A stretch of DNA of 64,000 bases from a virus (IMGVR_UViG_3300009514_000001:47894-111893), one strand, 5' to 3'; positions 18,158 to 28,465 are shown, counted from the first letter of the stretch. The notes: a model not told the origin generated them from the letters alone. Program-made: numbers and translations.

Positions 18158-18880
18158 TCAGTCGCTGAAAGCCTGAGACACCGACTTGAGGATATAGCGG
18201 CGGTTCTTCTCTGTCAGGTGAGGACTGACTCGGAGCCACGCCTGGCTCGTCCTCATGAACAGCTTGAACCCCTTGGTCGGACCGAGCAACCGCAGGAACT
18301 TGTCCCACTTGTCGCGGTGCCTCTCCAGCTCGTGGATGATTTCCTGGAGGTACGCCCGCACCTCGGTCGGCTGGTTGTAATAGTCCTCCAGGCTCGTCTC
18401 GGCCTCAGAGGGAACGTCGGAGCCTCCACTGGCATAGCCCTCCGCCGGGTCCGCGATGTGGGTCAGCTCGTGCATCAAGACCTTCTCGACCTCTTTCTTG
18501 ACGAAGTCGCCAGTGGAGCGGGCGAACCCGCTCCACTGCGAGGGCGACCACGACCCATTCAGAATGACGACCACTACCGGCTGTCCCGTCCTCTTCACGG
18601 TGCCGGCTCCGCCCGACAACACCGGCTCTTTGGACCGAGGTGCGGGAGAGGTCTCCAGACGCACCAGGATGTCGAGAGTGCGACCGTCCGCCGTGTCGAT
18701 GGTGAACGGCATGCCTCGATGCAAGACCTTACGCCCCCAGGGCCTGTCGGAAGCGGGGAGGCGGACCAGGAACTTGTTGATGTCGTCAGACAGGACAGAG
18801 ATACGCCTCTTTGGGATTCGGATGGCTCGGGCGCACACCGAGTAAGCAATGGCCACCCGTCTGGCGATGTGGTGTCTCAT
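18158..18880 (-). CDS. HExxH zinc-metallopeptidase-like protein with N-terminal IARRVA peptide
   Basis: LMHELTH...YYNQPTEVRAY; start coupled to the upstream stop. Confidence 0.75.
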   Translation of the reverse strand: MRHHIARRVAIAYSVCARAIRIPKRRISVLSDDINKFLVRLPASDRPWGRKVLHRGMPFTIDTADGRTLDILVRLETSPAPRSKEPVLSGGAGTVKRTGQPVVVVILNGSWSPSQWSGFARSTGDFVKKEVEKVLMHELTHIADPAEGYASGGSDVPSEAETSLEDYYNQPTEVRAYLQEIIHELERHRDKWDKFLRLLGPTKGFKLFMRTSQAWLRVSPHLTEKNRRYILKSVSQAFSD

Positions 18881-21126
18881 AGTCCGTAGTCGTCCATCTT
18901 GCGATGGAGGAGGTCGATCTGTCGGTCGGTAGGCCAGTCGCGGCCACCTTCCGTGAGCTGTTTGCCCACACTGGCGACGAACTCCATCGTCCACTGGGCG
19001 TCCTTCTCTCGGCGGGGGTCCTTGGTCGACTCGGACCGCTTCTTGGCAGCCACCCACAGCTTGCGCATGTCCCCCAGGAGAGCCTTTCGGCGCTCCTCCT
19101 GGGCCGAGTCCTTCGCGGGAGCCTGGGGTTCGGGGGCGGGTGCTGCGGGTGCTGCCGGCCCCGCCTCTACCGCGGTATCAACGGTCGCATACAGCTCTTC
19201 GAGTTCGCGGTCGCCACCGCCACTGTCCCGGAACCTCTTGTGAGCCTCTGTGACGGCGGGGACTCGTTCTACCCAATCCGGAAACTCCCCGTCGCGAAGC
19301 CAGGTGTCCCAGACCCGTTTGAACTCCGCACGCTCTCCTTTCCTCCCCCTCTCCTCTGCCTCCTGCTCTTCATTGCGGCGGGGAACACCCCGAAGGGCAT
19401 CCTGGACACGCCCCTCCATGTCGGTCTTCTCCCGGAGGGTCAGGACGCCGCCCCTCTGGACCTTGTAGTAGTACCTACGGAGGTCGTCGTCGCCATCCCA
19501 TCCGGGGACCTGGTCGATGGCCGTGAGAATGGTCGAGGTGTACTTCTCTTTGTCGGCCCGGGAAGGTCCGATCTCAGCGAGAGCCTCATAGAAGGGCTGG
19601 CTGTCGAGGTAGGTCGACTTGAATGCCTTGGCTGCCTTGAGGAGGGTCGTCCGCCAGTTCTTCGTGCGCTTGAAGTGACTCTTGCCCTGGGCCTTCTTGT
19701 TCAGGGTCCGCCCCGTCAGAAGACTCACCAGACGCATCTGCATCGAGCCCTTGGCGTAGCCCACGGACTTGCCCGACTGGGCCTGACTGGAGCCCACCTC
19801 GATGCAGACGCCCTTACTCAGGTGGATGCGGTAGACGCCTCGGGTGCCCGGCTTGACGTCCCACTTCTTGCCGACGGCGCGTGTGGCGTCGGCTACCCAG
19901 TCTTCGAACTCCTCGCGGCTGATGTCAACGTAGGTCGTTGCCGCGTCTCGCCACTGGGAACCTTCGTCCCAGAGTTGCTCCAGGGTCTTGGCGGACTTTT
20001 TAACCGTTCGCCACCCCTTGAGTAGGGCATTTTGGACTTCCTTGAGATCGAGACCAGGATTCAAGTTGGACTGCCTGACCCAGACACCGCTATAGGCACT
20101 TTGGAGCCATCTCTTGAGGTCCTGCTCTGTCCACCCTTTCCGCTTGGCCTGTCCACCGACGGCGTAGGCCACGTCTTCCGAAGTCCTGGCCGGGTCGGAG
20201 GAACGAAACATTGAGAAGGCTTGGACCGCCACTTGGGTCAACCACTTCTCGTCCGGAGCACTCTTGGGCAGGCTGCCCTTCTTCCCCAACACAATTTCTT
20301 GAAGAAGACCAAACCAGGGCGCATACCTGGACTTCAACTCAGATGGATTCAGGAACAGGGCGGCAAAAGCGTCGGCGAAAGCCTCCTCCGCATTGAACTG
20401 GCCGTATGGAAGGGACGGTGTGTCCCAAACGTCGATGCCATACTCCGGGGCCTTCGCGGTGTATTTGCGATATCCGTACTCGGAGAGAAAGTAATGGCCG
20501 ATCTCATGAGCCATAACCCAGGTCTGCGCCTCAAAGTCGAGGTCCCAGAACTTAGGGTAAATCTTGATGGAGCGTCCTTGTTGACGCGCCTCGGGATGAC
20601 TTCCACCACCGCCACTCACTTCTCGGATGTCCTTGGGAGCAAATTTGCGAAGGCGGCTGTTCCGGCGAAAGAACTCCTTCAGAAAGGAGTCCAGACGATT
20701 GCTAGAGGCTTCGACCTTCCTGTCGACCACAACAGAACCTTCCACAACAACCTCCTCTGAGAAAGGGAGCGAGCCCCTCGACCAGTAATCCCTCGCGAGG
20801 GACTCAATCGACTCCCAGTCACCTTTTCGAGCACGCTCCACGGCCATCGTATAGTACTCTGGGTTGGCTACATGTGTCTTCCCCCTCACAGACACCTCGA
20901 ACACACCCCCCGGAGCAAACAGACTATCATCAGGACGACAAAAACCCTCTGATTTGCGACACACGAACCGAGCGCCGAGACGAGAGGGTTTTGAAGGATA
21001 TTGCTCTCGTCGAACAGCCTCGAACACCTCGTCAACTTTGGCTTGAATACCCGTCGGAGACCAACCCGGCACCCGGAACCCTGGTCTTACGGGGTCTGTC
21101 TTTGAGGCTCTCCAGAAATACCTCAT
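18877..21126 (-). CDS. modular protein: DUF2441/ART-like N-terminus, HExxH peptidase-like domain, further unknown domains
   Basis: FEAVRREQYPSKPSRLGARFV; MAHEIGH...EEAFADAFA. Confidence 0.7.
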   Translation of the reverse strand: MRYFWRASKTDPVRPGFRVPGWSPTGIQAKVDEVFEAVRREQYPSKPSRLGARFVCRKSEGFCRPDDSLFAPGGVFEVSVRGKTHVANPEYYTMAVERARKGDWESIESLARDYWSRGSLPFSEEVVVEGSVVVDRKVEASSNRLDSFLKEFFRRNSRLRKFAPKDIREVSGGGGSHPEARQQGRSIKIYPKFWDLDFEAQTWVMAHEIGHYFLSEYGYRKYTAKAPEYGIDVWDTPSLPYGQFNAEEAFADAFAALFLNPSELKSRYAPWFGLLQEIVLGKKGSLPKSAPDEKWLTQVAVQAFSMFRSSDPARTSEDVAYAVGGQAKRKGWTEQDLKRWLQSAYSGVWVRQSNLNPGLDLKEVQNALLKGWRTVKKSAKTLEQLWDEGSQWRDAATTYVDISREEFEDWVADATRAVGKKWDVKPGTRGVYRIHLSKGVCIEVGSSQAQSGKSVGYAKGSMQMRLVSLLTGRTLNKKAQGKSHFKRTKNWRTTLLKAAKAFKSTYLDSQPFYEALAEIGPSRADKEKYTSTILTAIDQVPGWDGDDDLRRYYYKVQRGGVLTLREKTDMEGRVQDALRGVPRRNEEQEAEERGRKGERAEFKRVWDTWLRDGEFPDWVERVPAVTEAHKRFRDSGGGDRELEELYATVDTAVEAGPAAPAAPAPEPQAPAKDSAQEERRKALLGDMRKLWVAAKKRSESTKDPRREKDAQWTMEFVASVGKQLTEGGRDWPTDRQIDLLHRKMDDYGL

Positions 21127-21229
21127 GACCCACTCCAGGTCGACGTGACAGCCATCTCCTGGCCGTCAAACGTCGTTGTTGTCGGAGGGGCCGCCCCCAG
21201 CCTCCATGCCTCATTGCAGTGTTCGCAGG

Positions 21230-24200
21230 TCACATGTCCTCCGGGAGGAACTCGCCCCACTTGGCCCTCAGTTCCTCGGGACCATTTTGGCGTGAGGAGA
21301 AGCGACTCAGGATGTCCTCTGAGGGCCACTCGACGTCTGGTAGGTCTTGGGCCAGGAGCTGGTCCGCCTCGACGTCAGAAAGCCACGAGGACGTCCTCTC
21401 GGTGAAGTCTTCGCTGGGGATGCAACCCTCGGTGACGAACCGACTGGGCTTGCTCCTAATCGTAACCCCCTTCTTGGTGGTACCCAAAACGTCGGGCCGG
21501 ACAATGGTCACCGAATCCTCGCCGCGGGTTACGGCCACGTAGGCCAGGCGGCGCTCGGACGCGATGTCTTCCTCAGACTCCGAATTCGGGTGTGGGAAGC
21601 CGCCGTGCCCAGGACCACCCCCCTCCCACATGGGGACGAACAGATGGGGAGCCTCCAGGCCCTTCCATCCGTGGACGGTGTCGAGCTGAACGGCATTGAC
21701 CGCAGCGTCGAAATCGGGGTCATTCGGGTTGTCAGACTTCTGGAGCTTGGCGTTGGCTCGCTCCAGTTCCGACATGTAGGACGCGAACTCGTCGATACTG
21801 GGGTATGACGAAGCGGCTGTCTTCAGGATGGTCAGAGGGCCTAGAGCATAGTCCTCAATGGCCTGCTCCAGGGTGACATCCTCAGTCCCCTTGAGTGCGC
21901 TGGCCGAGACATCCTCCATCGCCTTAGCGTCGTTCTTGACCCGCTCGACGAGGTTGTCGGTGATGCTCTTGTCGTCCTGACCACCCTTGCGGTCAAGGAT
22001 GTAGTTGAGCAGCCCCTGGGTGTCGAGAGGAGTGTCTCGATCTTTGCTGCTGAGGAGAGTAATCTCCTGGAGATAGTCGGCGAAGGGCTTGACGTACTCC
22101 CGGTTGCGTCGCCGTGCACGGCCGACGTAGACCTCATCCCAACCGCCACCGAGGAGCCAGGCCAGGAGGTTCTTACCTCTCGCCTTGGAAGCCGCCTTCT
22201 TGAAGGTGTTGATTGAGATGCCCCAGTTCAAAGACCTGAGGGCATCCAGGACCAGGGGGTCGACCCTCTTGGCCGGCTCCGTGAGAGCCGAAGCCCCCAT
22301 ATTGGAGAGTTGCATCAGACTCAGGACGGACTTGGCCGGGCCCTTGAAGAAGTTGTACTTGGACCGGAACGGGATGCCGAGCTGAATCATGGCAACCCCG
22401 TACTCGTAGGCCTCGCGGTTGGTCCTCACGGCAATGCCGAAGTCCCGGGCCTTGAGAGAAGCATCGTCACCCTGAACCTGGTCGGCGATGGCCTGAGCAA
22501 CGTAGGGACCGAGGGCCTCCCGGGACGGAACCGTGACCTCTCGGATGCTGCCCTCACCCTTGCGTTCGACGTTCGCCTGGCAGACCATCTTGATCTGCTT
22601 CTCGTTGTGGGCAATCATCTGGTTCGCCGCGTCGACGATGGCCGAGCCGGACCGATAGTTCATCCGCAGAATCTTCGTCTCGAACCCTTCGCCGCCGGGA
22701 GTCAGGTCCGACTTCTCGATGAAGAGGTCGGGGTCAGCTCCGCGGAAGCTGTAAATAGAGTTGTGTGAGAGGATGCCGTTGGCGAAGAAGTTGGAGGCGT
22801 CTTCAACATCCAGGTCGACGAACTTGGTGTCCTCCGTCCGATTTACGGCGACCACCTTCTCTTGGACGATGGTGTACTGGGCACCTTCCGGAAGGTTGGG
22901 TCCGCTGATGGCCCTCCCCTTGAACATGGGGACCAACACCGGAACTGTCATACCGGGCTTGACCGCGGACGCCGTCACCAACCTCATCGGTCCCTCAGGG
23001 GTGCTCAAGCGCCGGGACAGCATTGCCCCGGTCCGTTGCACGACGTCCTGGGCAAATGCGAGCGCGTCGCGATAGTTGGCGAACCACCGGCGAAGACGGT
23101 TGCGTCCTTGGGCGGTCCTCACAAACCGCACCCCCTCCAGGCAGTCGTCCAGGTCGTAGCCGGTCCACTCCATCGCTACCTGAGTGTTCGCTCCAGAGTG
23201 GGCAATCATGTTGAGGGTACGACGCTTTCGTCCGTGTTTTGTGTAGCTCCGTGACATCCAGTTGGGCAGGTCGAAGCTCAGGTTGCGTGCTTCTAGTAGC
23301 CTCCCGCCGTTCCTTCCGAACTCCCGGAACAAGGTCTCGATACGGTCCTGGTTGAGACCCCTATGCACTCCGTTGAACACTGCGGTGGGGATTCCGTAAC
23401 GGAGACTGTACTGAGTCTCTTTCAGGAGGGCCTTTTCGCGGTCCTCACAGACATCGATGACCCAGAGCTTCTCGGCCTTCTCCAGAAAAGCTCTCCCACC
23501 GAAATGGTTGAGGTACTGGGTGTCCTTACCTTTGTTGGTGACACCTACCCGGAACCCCATATCCCGGCGCCACATCAGATAGACGATGTGCTGGCCGCCC
23601 TCAGTGATGATGTCTCCGACCCACAGCTTATGGTTGGGTGACATCAGGAGGTGCTGTCCACCCTCGGTGATGACATCCAACCCCCAGGTCCACGACGATT
23701 TCACAGCATGACGTACCTTCTGGGGGACGACTTTGCCGTTGCGGTAGGAAAGGACCACGTCCCCCGGCTGAATAGCCGAGGCGTGCTTGCTGTTTCCTCC
23801 TGGTGTTGCAATGACCGAGTTGGCGGCCACGCACTGCTTGTCGTCTCCAATCAACGCCAGGGTGTCGGCTGTCATGTCTCCGTCTTCCCGTGGCTCCTGT
23901 GTTTCAGGGTCGTAATACCCAGCAACCAGGCCGACAAATAGGTGTTGGCTGTTGTGCGAGAGGATGTCTCCTCCGAAGAAATTGGACGCTCTCTCGACCT
24001 CAATATCGAAGAACTCACCTCCATCGACGAGGGCAACCTCCTCAATTATCTCCAGCTCCACAGAGGATTCGCGCAGAGGAGGCAACGGGTCCTCGGCCCT
24101 TCTAAGCTGCTCTTTCCGCATTAGAGTGTGAAATTTTTCTCTCGCCCCCTTACCCATCCCCGAGCAGTCAATGCCGAGACGAGAGGCCAGTCTTCGGTAC

Positions 24201-27200
24201 TCGGACAAGGGGAGGAGTTCGGAATACCTAACATCTACCAACCCGCCAGTCTTCACTACCGGAACGGCCATGCCAGGGAACAGAGAGGAGGCTGTGGTAA
24301 GGGGGAGTTTTTCTCCTCCAATCCTTAGGTTGTCCAGAAGAAAGGAACCGTTTGTCTCAGCGACTTTCTCTGCCAGCTTACGAGCTTCGACATAGGAAGG
24401 AACCAACTTGTTAAAGGTACGACGACCCCCTTTGACCACATAGGTTGCTAGCCCGCAGCTATCTACGTCGTCTCCAGACCATGACATCGAGACCCTAGAA
24501 CCGACTTGATACCGGACAGACCGATGAGCATTGAGAGAAACGACCCTTCGAACCTCCTTGCCCCTAGTACTCGTCTGATTGACCCAATGAGGGTAGTCAA
24601 AGTAGAGATCATGGGCCTCCAGTATCCGTCGTCCGTTATGTCCGAACTCCAAGAACACCCCGTTGATACGCTCCTGGTTACACCCCCGAACAGAGCCCCG
24701 AACAGAGCCCTCGTAGAGGTAGGTCGGAACCTGGTAGCGAAGGGAGTAGAGCTGTTCCTTGAGGAGAATGTCCTCCTCTTCACCCACTTCCAAGAGCCAA
24801 GCGCGATCTGCCCTTTCTGAACCAGCCCTACTTGAGGAGCCTCCCGCACTTCGAGAAAAAGGACGAGTCGAGGCACCGATACGAAAACCGAGGTCCTCCC
24901 GGTACATGAGGTAAAGACCCATTTGACCCTCGGGAAGGAGGCCTCGGAAAGGGGTCGCATAGATGCGGTGGTTGGGGGACATCACCAGCTCACGTCCAGA
25001 GGAGGTGGTGATACGATATCCCCTCGACCAGTTGCTCTTTTTCTTGGCCAACACCCTGTTGTAGACCACCTTTCCATTCTCGAACGAGAGGACTGAGCCG
25101 CCCACCTGGACATCACGGATGGCCTTCTCCCCTTCCGGAGTGTAGACGAGGGTCGACCCTAGGACGCAAGCATTCAAATCCTGAGCTTCGTCGACGACGA
25201 CCATTTTGAACCGACGTTGGATGCGAGTCCGCACGTTGCGGTTCTCAATCATCATCTTCGAGGCGCCGATGAGCATGTCATCGAAGTCGCCCTGGCCCTC
25301 GTACTCGCTGGCGTTTCCCTTGAGCCACTCGTAGGCCCCGTAGACTGCCGCATAGATGGAGGCGTTAGACTGGCTGAGTGCCCCGTCTCTGGCCCCATCC
25401 TGAACAGCCTTGCCGTGTTCCTCGTGAGCCGCCTTGCCAGGGGCCAGAAGCTGGCCCTTGGTCTTTGAGACGTAGAGGGCGAAACGACCAATGGGGATGG
25501 CCGACTTGGAGTCGCCGGACCCTTCATGGAAGTCATCGTCCCAGGAGGCCCCCAAGTTGAACCACTGGTTCGCCGGCTGCTCTCCCCAGATGGGATTCTT
25601 GCTCTTGACCCGACCTGACCACGGGGGCTCGTCGGTTTCATCACGGGCGGTCCTTAGGACCGAACTTGTAGTCGCCACAGAAGCGAGCTTGTAGTGGCCC
25701 CACCCCCGACGTTGGAGGGCTCGACGGGTACCTCCGCGCTCATTCTGGTCGGAGGTGACGGCATAGCCCAAGGCACGGTTGATGAAGTCCTTCTGCTTCT
25801 GAGTCATCTTGGTGGGGTCGACAGGACTCGACTTCCACTTCTGAATGATGGATTGGGACTGGCGGTTCCACCTACTTGGACCGTACTTGCCTTCGTTCCA
25901 TTTCAGGAAGTCCATGACGGCAAGAAACACTGAAGAAAGCTCGTCGATTCGCTCTTGGGACTCGTCGACATCGCCCTGCACCTTGGGGAAGAAGGTGGCT
26001 TCCGCGTCGGGCTGGGGCCAGGAGTCCTGCGAGGGCATCATGAGAACCTGGAGGATGGACAGACGAACCAGCTCGGCCTGGTCATATCCTGAGATGATCT
26101 TGCCACCTCTCCTCTTGCCGTAGGTCATACCCATCTTCAGAGCGACGCTGTGGGTCGTCCCGAAGCCTGACTTGCCCTGGCGGTCGGCGTCGATATCGCC
26201 GCCGTAGTTCTTGACGCGCTCAATAAGCTCGGCGCTCGACTTCTTCGTGAAGGAGCAGGCCAGAATCTGGTTGGCCGTCAGACCCACCTCGTTCATATGG
26301 TAGACGATCTTGCCCGCCAGAACTCTCGTGTTGTGAGAGACAACACCGTTCGCAAGGAAGCTGTGCGTTGTCGGGACCGTGAAGTCATAGACCCGGTGGG
26401 TACCCTCCACACGACGCACCGACACCACCTCGTCAAGGCACATGTCGGAGAGCTTATGGAGAATAGCCGCCTCTGGTCCTTCTGCACCTTTCACGAGACG
26501 TTTGAGTTGCGCCCTTGACGGAGTTCGGTTGCCGAGCAAGTAGTGCTTGACCTGGACCCATCGGTCATCCATCAACAGCGACTGAGACTTCCCGTGCCAT
26601 CTACCGGCTTGCTTCCACCACTCTCGGACACCTTTGAGAAGGTCTCCTACATGGGGTACTCCGATGTTGGGGTTGCAGTCCTTTGCGCACAGACTATTCA
26701 GGTCATCGGCCTTCTTGAAGTCGTATCGGAACCCAACGACCTCCCGGAACCCCCGGAGCTGGTCACCGCTGATGAGGATGCGCCAGTACGTGTGGTCGTA
26801 CCCCTCAACATGCTTGGGCTTGAGCATTCCTACAACGCCGAGGCCCAGGAGCATCTGGTGTACCTGACGGGCAAGCGTCTCTGAGGCTGACAACCACTCG
26901 AAAGAACGGTCTCCAGTAGCCGTGCCGTCTGTATCAAACAGACCCTGCAAAAACCTGATCCTCTCCGCGTCGGAAGAGGACAGGAGCCACGCTGGGACTA
27001 TCTTGTCTCGCGCGGAGGAGAAGAACATTCCCTGCTGACGGAGACGCTCCTGAAGTGAGGCACTCCAAAACGTGTGAGTAACGCTCTTCATGTCCTCTTT
27101 GGTTGTCTCTTTGGTTGTCTCTTTGGGTTGCTCGCCCCAGAATTTCTGGGCTAGGCGATAGAAGTGAGAAGGAAGGAAGTCGCCCCCACGAGACCAACAA

Positions 27201-28465
27201 ACTCTGGTCTTCTTCGAATCACACCAACCATCACCCATGAACATGCCCAGGAGGTATGCCTCTTCCGGGTCGACGTTCTCCTTTCCCGTGTCAAGAGCAT
27301 ACCCAGGCTTGAGGACTACGAACTGCCCCTCTTTCATGACATCGAGACGCGTCCACACGGATTGCCCGTCCCAAGTCAGGAGAGGGTGCTCTGGAGTCCC
27401 TCGTAGGCGGATGCCTGAACGAGTTTGGACTTCGATGACCTTGCTCTCCCCCATGTCGAGCCAGGTGGCCTTCTCCAGAGTTGTGTCCAGGGTTTCCGGA
27501 TTGACCGACTTGACCCAGTCCTTTCCACTACACTGATCTAGGCGGAAGGTACCACCCTCAAGTGCCACAAGGGCATCTCCCGTCAGGCATTTGCCCGATC
27601 CCGCCCCGGCTGCAATGACAGCCCGGCCCCGAACCAGCATCGCATCCTCCTGCTCCGGAGAGAGGTTGATGTGTTTGCCAGTCTGTGTCCTGAATTCCTG
27701 GGCGGGGGGGATGGACTTCGAGGCCGCCACAGCCGCTACTGAGGTAGGAGCTTGGCTCGTCTCGACGACCTCTTCGATGCGAGCGTTCAGGGCCGCTTTT
27801 CGCTCCTTGAGAGCTACGGAGCGAGCTTCTGTGGGGTCTGTGGAGGAGATGGCCTGCTTGACGTCTGCGACCTTCTCAGCCAGTATCGCAACCGTCTCGG
27901 CGTCCGACTGGGCCTCTTCGGTCTCGCTCAGTCCGGCGCCGAGGTTCTGTGCCGCGACCTTGACCCAGTTGCGTGGCTTGACGATGCCACTGACGGCCGG
28001 GATGGCTGCCAAGGCCCTCAGGACGGCCGCCGGGTCTTCCAGCTTCGAGGCATGGAGAACGCCCTTGACGGCGGCTCGGGAGCGACCCGTGAACACACTG
28101 CGTAGGACGTCTGCCTTGTTGACCAAACGACTGAGAGCTGTGGTCAGGAAGTCTACCTGAGCGAAGACGACGACGTCGGCGCGACCTTTGGCCCGCTTCG
28201 CCTTGTTCATCTTGCCCTTGACGCCACCAATGCGTCCCTCCTCGACCAAGGGATACATGTGCTTCTTTAGGTTGGCCTCCATCTCCTTGCGATAGAGACG
28301 GGCGATCTCAAAGCCCCGCTTGAGATGGTCGTCGCGACCGCGGGCTTCCATACCTCGGGCGTAAGCCCCGAACCCAACCCAGAAGACACTGAGGTCCACC
28401 AGGCGGTCTGGTGTAGTCACATGGTCGCTGCCTTTCTTCTTCGCCGCTGCTTCGCGAGTAGTCAT
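21230..28465 (-). CDS. uvrD: UvrD/PcrA-like SF1 helicase with three inteins and a long N-terminal extension
   Basis: AGAGSGK|T, SFTKK, VDEAQD, IGDDKQ|SIYSFRGA, NYRS, TVHGWKGLE, ERRLAYVAVTR. Confidence 0.92.
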   Translation of the reverse strand: MTTREAAAKKKGSDHVTTPDRLVDLSVFWVGFGAYARGMEARGRDDHLKRGFEIARLYRKEMEANLKKHMYPLVEEGRIGGVKGKMNKAKRAKGRADVVVFAQVDFLTTALSRLVNKADVLRSVFTGRSRAAVKGVLHASKLEDPAAVLRALAAIPAVSGIVKPRNWVKVAAQNLGAGLSETEEAQSDAETVAILAEKVADVKQAISSTDPTEARSVALKERKAALNARIEEVVETSQAPTSVAAVAASKSIPPAQEFRTQTGKHINLSPEQEDAMLVRGRAVIAAGAGSGKCLTGDALVALEGGTFRLDQCSGKDWVKSVNPETLDTTLEKATWLDMGESKVIEVQTRSGIRLRGTPEHPLLTWDGQSVWTRLDVMKEGQFVVLKPGYALDTGKENVDPEEAYLLGMFMGDGWCDSKKTRVCWSRGGDFLPSHFYRLAQKFWGEQPKETTKETTKEDMKSVTHTFWSASLQERLRQQGMFFSSARDKIVPAWLLSSSDAERIRFLQGLFDTDGTATGDRSFEWLSASETLARQVHQMLLGLGVVGMLKPKHVEGYDHTYWRILISGDQLRGFREVVGFRYDFKKADDLNSLCAKDCNPNIGVPHVGDLLKGVREWWKQAGRWHGKSQSLLMDDRWVQVKHYLLGNRTPSRAQLKRLVKGAEGPEAAILHKLSDMCLDEVVSVRRVEGTHRVYDFTVPTTHSFLANGVVSHNTRVLAGKIVYHMNEVGLTANQILACSFTKKSSAELIERVKNYGGDIDADRQGKSGFGTTHSVALKMGMTYGKRRGGKIISGYDQAELVRLSILQVLMMPSQDSWPQPDAEATFFPKVQGDVDESQERIDELSSVFLAVMDFLKWNEGKYGPSRWNRQSQSIIQKWKSSPVDPTKMTQKQKDFINRALGYAVTSDQNERGGTRRALQRRGWGHYKLASVATTSSVLRTARDETDEPPWSGRVKSKNPIWGEQPANQWFNLGASWDDDFHEGSGDSKSAIPIGRFALYVSKTKGQLLAPGKAAHEEHGKAVQDGARDGALSQSNASIYAAVYGAYEWLKGNASEYEGQGDFDDMLIGASKMMIENRNVRTRIQRRFKMVVVDEAQDLNACVLGSTLVYTPEGEKAIRDVQVGGSVLSFENGKVVYNRVLAKKKSNWSRGYRITTSSGRELVMSPNHRIYATPFRGLLPEGQMGLYLMYREDLGFRIGASTRPFSRSAGGSSSRAGSERADRAWLLEVGEEEDILLKEQLYSLRYQVPTYLYEGSVRGSVRGCNQERINGVFLEFGHNGRRILEAHDLYFDYPHWVNQTSTRGKEVRRVVSLNAHRSVRYQVGSRVSMSWSGDDVDSCGLATYVVKGGRRTFNKLVPSYVEARKLAEKVAETNGSFLLDNLRIGGEKLPLTTASSLFPGMAVPVVKTGGLVDVRYSELLPLSEYRRLASRLGIDCSGMGKGAREKFHTLMRKEQLRRAEDPLPPLRESSVELEIIEEVALVDGGEFFDIEVERASNFFGGDILSHNSQHLFVGLVAGYYDPETQEPREDGDMTADTLALIGDDKQCVAANSVIATPGGNSKHASAIQPGDVVLSYRNGKVVPQKVRHAVKSSWTWGLDVITEGGQHLLMSPNHKLWVGDIITEGGQHIVYLMWRRDMGFRVGVTNKGKDTQYLNHFGGRAFLEKAEKLWVIDVCEDREKALLKETQYSLRYGIPTAVFNGVHRGLNQDRIETLFREFGRNGGRLLEARNLSFDLPNWMSRSYTKHGRKRRTLNMIAHSGANTQVAMEWTGYDLDDCLEGVRFVRTAQGRNRLRRWFANYRDALAFAQDVVQRTGAMLSRRLSTPEGPMRLVTASAVKPGMTVPVLVPMFKGRAISGPNLPEGAQYTIVQEKVVAVNRTEDTKFVDLDVEDASNFFANGILSHNSIYSFRGADPDLFIEKSDLTPGGEGFETKILRMNYRSGSAIVDAANQMIAHNEKQIKMVCQANVERKGEGSIREVTVPSREALGPYVAQAIADQVQGDDASLKARDFGIAVRTNREAYEYGVAMIQLGIPFRSKYNFFKGPAKSVLSLMQLSNMGASALTEPAKRVDPLVLDALRSLNWGISINTFKKAASKARGKNLLAWLLGGGWDEVYVGRARRRNREYVKPFADYLQEITLLSSKDRDTPLDTQGLLNYILDRKGGQDDKSITDNLVERVKNDAKAMEDVSASALKGTEDVTLEQAIEDYALGPLTILKTAASSYPSIDEFASYMSELERANAKLQKSDNPNDPDFDAAVNAVQLDTVHGWKGLEAPHLFVPMWEGGGPGHGGFPHPNSESEEDIASERRLAYVAVTRGEDSVTIVRPDVLGTTKKGVTIRSKPSRFVTEGCIPSEDFTERTSSWLSDVEADQLLAQDLPDVEWPSEDILSRFSSRQNGPEELRAKWGEFLPEDM
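22760..23833 (-). mobile_element. intein 3 in UvrD (motif III), 358 aa, non-LAGLIDADG insert
   Basis: CVAANS...SPNH...SHN|S. Confidence 0.92.
23951..25168 (-). mobile_element. intein 2 in UvrD (after Walker B), 406 aa, non-LAGLIDADG insert
   Basis: CVLGST...SPNH...SHN|S. Confidence 0.92.
26330..27589 (-). mobile_element. intein 1 in UvrD (Walker A), LAGLIDADG type, 420 aa
   Basis: CLTGD...SHN|T; LLGMFMGDG and FLQGLFDTDG blocks. Confidence 0.95.

Noticed and set aside
21123..21329. Small CxxC ORF downstream of UvrD
   Set aside because: Half overlaps the helicase, with no clear start or RBS; cannot be supported.
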